A DNA stretch of 64,000 nt from Vulcanimicrobiota bacterium. Its GTDB lineage: Bacteria > Vulcanimicrobiota > Vulcanimicrobiia > Vulcanimicrobiales > Vulcanimicrobiaceae. Position 1 is the stretch's first letter, and each line of letters opens with the position of its first letter. Position numbers and translations under genes: made by a program. The notes under the pieces were generated by a model. It was not told the origin of the DNA. It ran no database searches and saw nothing but the letters and a program-made list of their open reading frames with translations. Location of the stretch: positions 1,600,001 to 1,664,000 of the forward strand of contig OY970223.1 in the NCBI GenBank assembly GCA_963714015.1. Reading direction: 5' to 3'. Of this stretch, positions 60,764 to 64,000 are shown piece after piece.

Positions 60764-61492
60764 ATGCCCATCGCTAAGCGCGCGGCGGCAGAGGCACTCG
60801 GCACGGCGCTCCTGCTCGCTGCCATCGTAGGTTCCGGTATCATGGCTGAGCGGCTGAGCGGCGGTAACGTCGGTCTAGCGTTGCTGGCCAACGCGGTGGC
60901 TACCGGCGGCGCGCTGGTCTGTTTGATCGCGGCGCTTGGGCCTATATCGGGTGCGCACTTCAATCCCGCGGTATCGATTGCCGACGCTCTGCAAGGCGGC
61001 CTCGCGTGGAGTGAAGTGCTCGTGTATGTTGTTGCGCAACTTGCGGGATCCATCGCCGGCGTAGCGCTCGCAAATATCATGTTCGGCTTGCCGCCGATTT
61101 TTGCATCGCATCATGTTCGCGGCGGCCCCATACTCATGTTAAGTGAATTCGTCGCCACTTTCGGCCTCCTCGTCGTTATTTGGGGATGTGTGCGCTCCCG
61201 AAGTTCGATCGTGCCGTTTGCGGTTGCGGGCTACATCGCTGCAGCGTACTGGTTCACGCCTTCGACCTCGTTTGCGAATCCTGCGGTGACCATCGGTCGT
61301 TCGCTGTCCGATACGTTTGCGGGTATACGCCCGCTCGACATTCCCGGATTCGTCACCGCTCAACTGATTGGCGCCGTTACGGCGACGCTATTGTGCAAAT
61401 GGCTCGTGCCTATACAAAAAGCCGATGCAGAAGGGGTACTTGTTCCACACACCGAGATGCTTCGTTCGCCGGGACGCCGGCGTGTCGTCTAA
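60764..61492 (+). CDS. MIP/aquaporin family protein (arsenic-operon type)
   Basis: SGAHFNPAV and SFANPAV NPA boxes; YWFTPSTS. Confidence 0.9.
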   Translation: MPIAKRAAAEALGTALLLAAIVGSGIMAERLSGGNVGLALLANAVATGGALVCLIAALGPISGAHFNPAVSIADALQGGLAWSEVLVYVVAQLAGSIAGVALANIMFGLPPIFASHHVRGGPILMLSEFVATFGLLVVIWGCVRSRSSIVPFAVAGYIAAAYWFTPSTSFANPAVTIGRSLSDTFAGIRPLDIPGFVTAQLIGAVTATLLCKWLVPIQKADAEGVLVPHTEMLRSPGRRRVV

Positions 61493-61559
61493 ATCTTTGA
61501 TCCTGTTCGTTTGCAAGCACAACACCGAACTCAGCAAAATGGCAGAGCTTATCGGCTAG
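61482..61559 (+). pseudogene. arsC: N-terminal remnant of an LMW-PTP-type arsenate reductase
   Basis: GTG-SSKSLILFVCKHNTELSKMAELIG* matches the LFVCxHNxxRSQMAE P-loop, degenerate and truncated. Confidence 0.6.
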
Positions 61560-63304
61560 AGATCCACGCGGCTGCGGTAAGCGTTGAGCACGTCGCGACG
61601 CGTAATGATGCCGAGCAGATTACCACCGATGCGGTCTACGATTGGGAGCAGCGGTGTCTGCGGATCGGCCATGGCAACGGCTGCTTCTTCCAATGTGTCA
61701 TCGGGCTGGAGCAAGACCGGTACGCGCTGGGCTAAATCGCCCACACGACGGCCGGGATGCGTCACGAGCGTGCCGGCAATGTCGGACGCAGTGGCCATGC
61801 CGATGAATTTGCCGCCGTCCACCACCGGAACAACGAACTCGGGACTGTGCTCCAACTTTAGGGCCACCTCGTTGATCGGTTCGGACGCTTCCGCCACGAT
61901 GTCGGGCACCCGCTGCACCGATGCGACCGTCACGCGCGAGAATGGCCGCTGTCGGCGAGCGCGAGCCCAGTCGATTCCCCGCCGCACCAGCTTCATTTCA
62001 TAGACGGTGTGACCTAGCAATCTGCGCCCAAGAAGGGTCGAGATTACCGTGCATACCATCAGCGGCAGGATGATCGTGTAATCGTTGGACATTTCGAACA
62101 CAATCATTATCGCGGTAATCGGCGCCTCCGCAGCCGCCGCAAAAACCGCCGCCATGCCGACCAATCCATACGCCGCCGACGATGCGGTCCAGGCCGGAAA
62201 TAGGTCGTGCACTACGCGTCCGAACGTGTTGCCCAGCATAGCGCCGGTGTATAACGATGGAGCGAAGACCCCGCCGCTCCCGCCGGAGCCAAGCGTCAGG
62301 GACGTTGCGATTGGCTTGAGCAAGGCCAGCGCGAGCGAATGTCGGGCCTGAATGTGCGCCGCGAGCACCGCGTCGACGTAATTGTATCCGACTCCGAAAA
62401 GTTGTGGGAACCAGATGCCGATGATGCCGACGCAGGCAAAACCCATAGCGGCCTTCGTCATCGGATTGACGTGCCAGCTTTCGAAGCGATCTTCGCAGAA
62501 GTACAGCAGTCGCACAAAACCCGCGGCCCAGCACGCGGCGACGATGCCCAATATTGCATAGAGGCCTAGTTCCGCTGGCGAAACCAGATAGAACGCCGAT
62601 GCGGTAAAGGAAGGGTGATTTCCAAAGTACGCGCGACCGATCACGGCGGCAACGACGCTGGAGACCACGATCGTCGCAAACGATCGGGGTGCGAAATCGC
62701 CCAAGATGACTTCGCTTGCAAAAAATACGCCGCCGATCGGGGCGTTGAACGTCGCTGAAATACCGGCAGCCGCCCCGCATGAAACCAGCGTGCGAACGAT
62801 TGGAGCCGGTGCTCGCACGAGTTGTCCGAGAACCGAACCAATTGCGGAACCGATTTGAACGATGGGTCCTTCGCGGCCGCAGCTTCCGCCGAAACCAATG
62901 CACGTTGCCGATGCGAGGCTCTTTACGCCAATCACCCGTGGGCGCATGACGCCGCCCTGCATCGCAACGGCCGCCATCACTTCAGGCACGCCGTGACCTT
63001 TGGCTTCGCTTGCAAAGCGATTCACGATGAATGCGGTAATCAAGCCGCCTACAGCGAGGATTGGGACCACTTGTGCGCGGCCCAGAAAGTGGAGCGCCGG
63101 AGCAAAGTGTCCGAAGGCGAGCATCTGCTCGCCGAAGATCAGGTAGCGGAATGCGACGGCGCCGTAACCGCCCCCGATCCCGACCACAATCGCAGCCAGC
63201 AGCAAAAACGTGCTCTGTCCGATCGAAAACCGGCCGAAGTCCAATCGGTAGCCCCGGTTGGTTTCGGTGTAGCGGACTCGTGGAACCGTCGCGGAAAGCG
63301 CCAT
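61556..63304 (-). CDS. CLC chloride channel/antiporter with CBS domains
   Basis: GHGVPE, GREGP, FNAPIGG, GGVFAPS; C-terminal CBS pair. Confidence 0.93.
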   Translation of the reverse strand: MALSATVPRVRYTETNRGYRLDFGRFSIGQSTFLLLAAIVVGIGGGYGAVAFRYLIFGEQMLAFGHFAPALHFLGRAQVVPILAVGGLITAFIVNRFASEAKGHGVPEVMAAVAMQGGVMRPRVIGVKSLASATCIGFGGSCGREGPIVQIGSAIGSVLGQLVRAPAPIVRTLVSCGAAAGISATFNAPIGGVFFASEVILGDFAPRSFATIVVSSVVAAVIGRAYFGNHPSFTASAFYLVSPAELGLYAILGIVAACWAAGFVRLLYFCEDRFESWHVNPMTKAAMGFACVGIIGIWFPQLFGVGYNYVDAVLAAHIQARHSLALALLKPIATSLTLGSGGSGGVFAPSLYTGAMLGNTFGRVVHDLFPAWTASSAAYGLVGMAAVFAAAAEAPITAIMIVFEMSNDYTIILPLMVCTVISTLLGRRLLGHTVYEMKLVRRGIDWARARRQRPFSRVTVASVQRVPDIVAEASEPINEVALKLEHSPEFVVPVVDGGKFIGMATASDIAGTLVTHPGRRVGDLAQRVPVLLQPDDTLEEAAVAMADPQTPLLPIVDRIGGNLLGIITRRDVLNAYRSRVDL

Positions 63305-63412
63305 CGACGCTTTATTCCACGCGCGCGGGCAAATGCGCTGTAGCTCACTTGTTGACGCAAGGTACCGGGGCGCACGCACAGATTACCGAGCACGCGCTCA
63401 GTGCCCGCTAGG

Positions 63413-64000
63413 TTAGAGCCCTGGCCCGATCCGAACCAGATCCGCTACGAAAACGGGACGCCATGCGCTGCCGTCGCTGGAATACTGAATCTCGAAATGA
63501 TGGCTATGCGCTTTGATGTTCGACCAGACATCGCGCATAAACACGATTTTCCCGTTAAGTGTCGTCTGCGAGATCAACTCGCCGCGTCCGTTTTTGAATC
63601 CTCCAATCATCGATGGCTCGAACGCAGCGGTGCTGCTATCCGCGTATGTCTGGCTCCATTGGTGCGACTGGGGATTGTACAGGTAGAGCGTTACGCCTTC
63701 GAAACCGCCTCGGCCGTTACCGGCTTTGATCTCCTCCAGGTAAGCGCGACCGTTCCAAATCTTTCGCAGCGCAACGGTCCCTTCCAGCGTCTCCCATGAG
63801 GGTGAGCCGTGGGTTGGAAAATCGAGTGATTGTATGTGCGTTCTCCATGTCGCATAATTGAAATCGAAGTCATGAGAACGTTGCGCCGTTGAACTCGCCG
63901 CGTTGGACGGAGCGGCGTTGCTCTCACGGGTAAGATGCGCGAGGAAGTTTGGCTCCCAAGTCTTGCCGCCGTCGCCCGAGAACGCTTGTTCAAAATCGTA
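63413..64000 (-). CDS. Tandem-domain hypothetical protein (DUF1579-like), 5'-truncated by the window edge
   Basis: Frame open from 64000: FEQAFSGDGGKTWE (end of repeat 1), then HDFDF...LYNPQSHQWS...YSSDGSAWRP (repeat 2). Confidence 0.7.
   Translation of the reverse strand, partial: YDFEQAFSGDGGKTWEPNFLAHLTRESNAAPSNAASSTAQRSHDFDFNYATWRTHIQSLDFPTHGSPSWETLEGTVALRKIWNGRAYLEEIKAGNGRGGFEGVTLYLYNPQSHQWSQTYADSSTAAFEPSMIGGFKNGRGELISQTTLNGKIVFMRDVWSNIKAHSHHFEIQYSSDGSAWRPVFVADLVRIGPGL

Noticed and set aside
1..64000. CRISPR array, cas genes or prophage
   Set aside because: No regularly spaced direct repeats, cas motifs or phage structural genes seen. The holin-family gene is the common chromosomal YvlD type.

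Overview
A GC-rich bacterial chromosomal segment. Gene content and style suggest a soil Terrabacterium such as Ca. Eremiobacterota/Vulcanimicrobiota; this is an inference, not verified. The first ~38 kb is mostly core genome: the end of a hopanoid operon (shc-hpnH-hpnA-hpnG), a GGDEF-EAL protein, efp, a secreted zinc metalloprotease, der-plsY, a long miaB-mutS-mutL-osmC-miaA-hfq-dapF-GNAT-radical SAM-antiporter run, a trkA pair, tRNA-Pro(CGG), uvrC, and a one-piece tmRNA (tag ANTEYALAA) with an atypical GGCAGUA T-loop. Immediately after ssrA (~38-54 kb) is a mosaic accessory region with no integrase in the window. It holds VOC, GNAT, methyltransferase and CPBP genes, six orphan lipoproteins, an ISL3 transposase remnant whose probable right end lies ~2.7 kb downstream (enclosing two lipoprotein passengers), an ECF42 sigma factor with two DGPF/YciI genes that each carry a matching promoter, and a GntR module with a clear operator. 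The window ends with an XRE-ATPase-TPR regulator, a CxxC-x17-CxxC zinc-ribbon gene, an arsR-arsI-aquaporin-(truncated arsC) operon, a CLC channel and a partial tandem-domain gene. About a dozen genes, including mutS and uvrC, are split by single-base indels, most likely sequencing or assembly errors. I found no CRISPR array, prophage or clearly new multi-gene system. The best leads are the ISL3 passenger unit, the tmRNA variant, and several regulatory motifs readable directly from the DNA.
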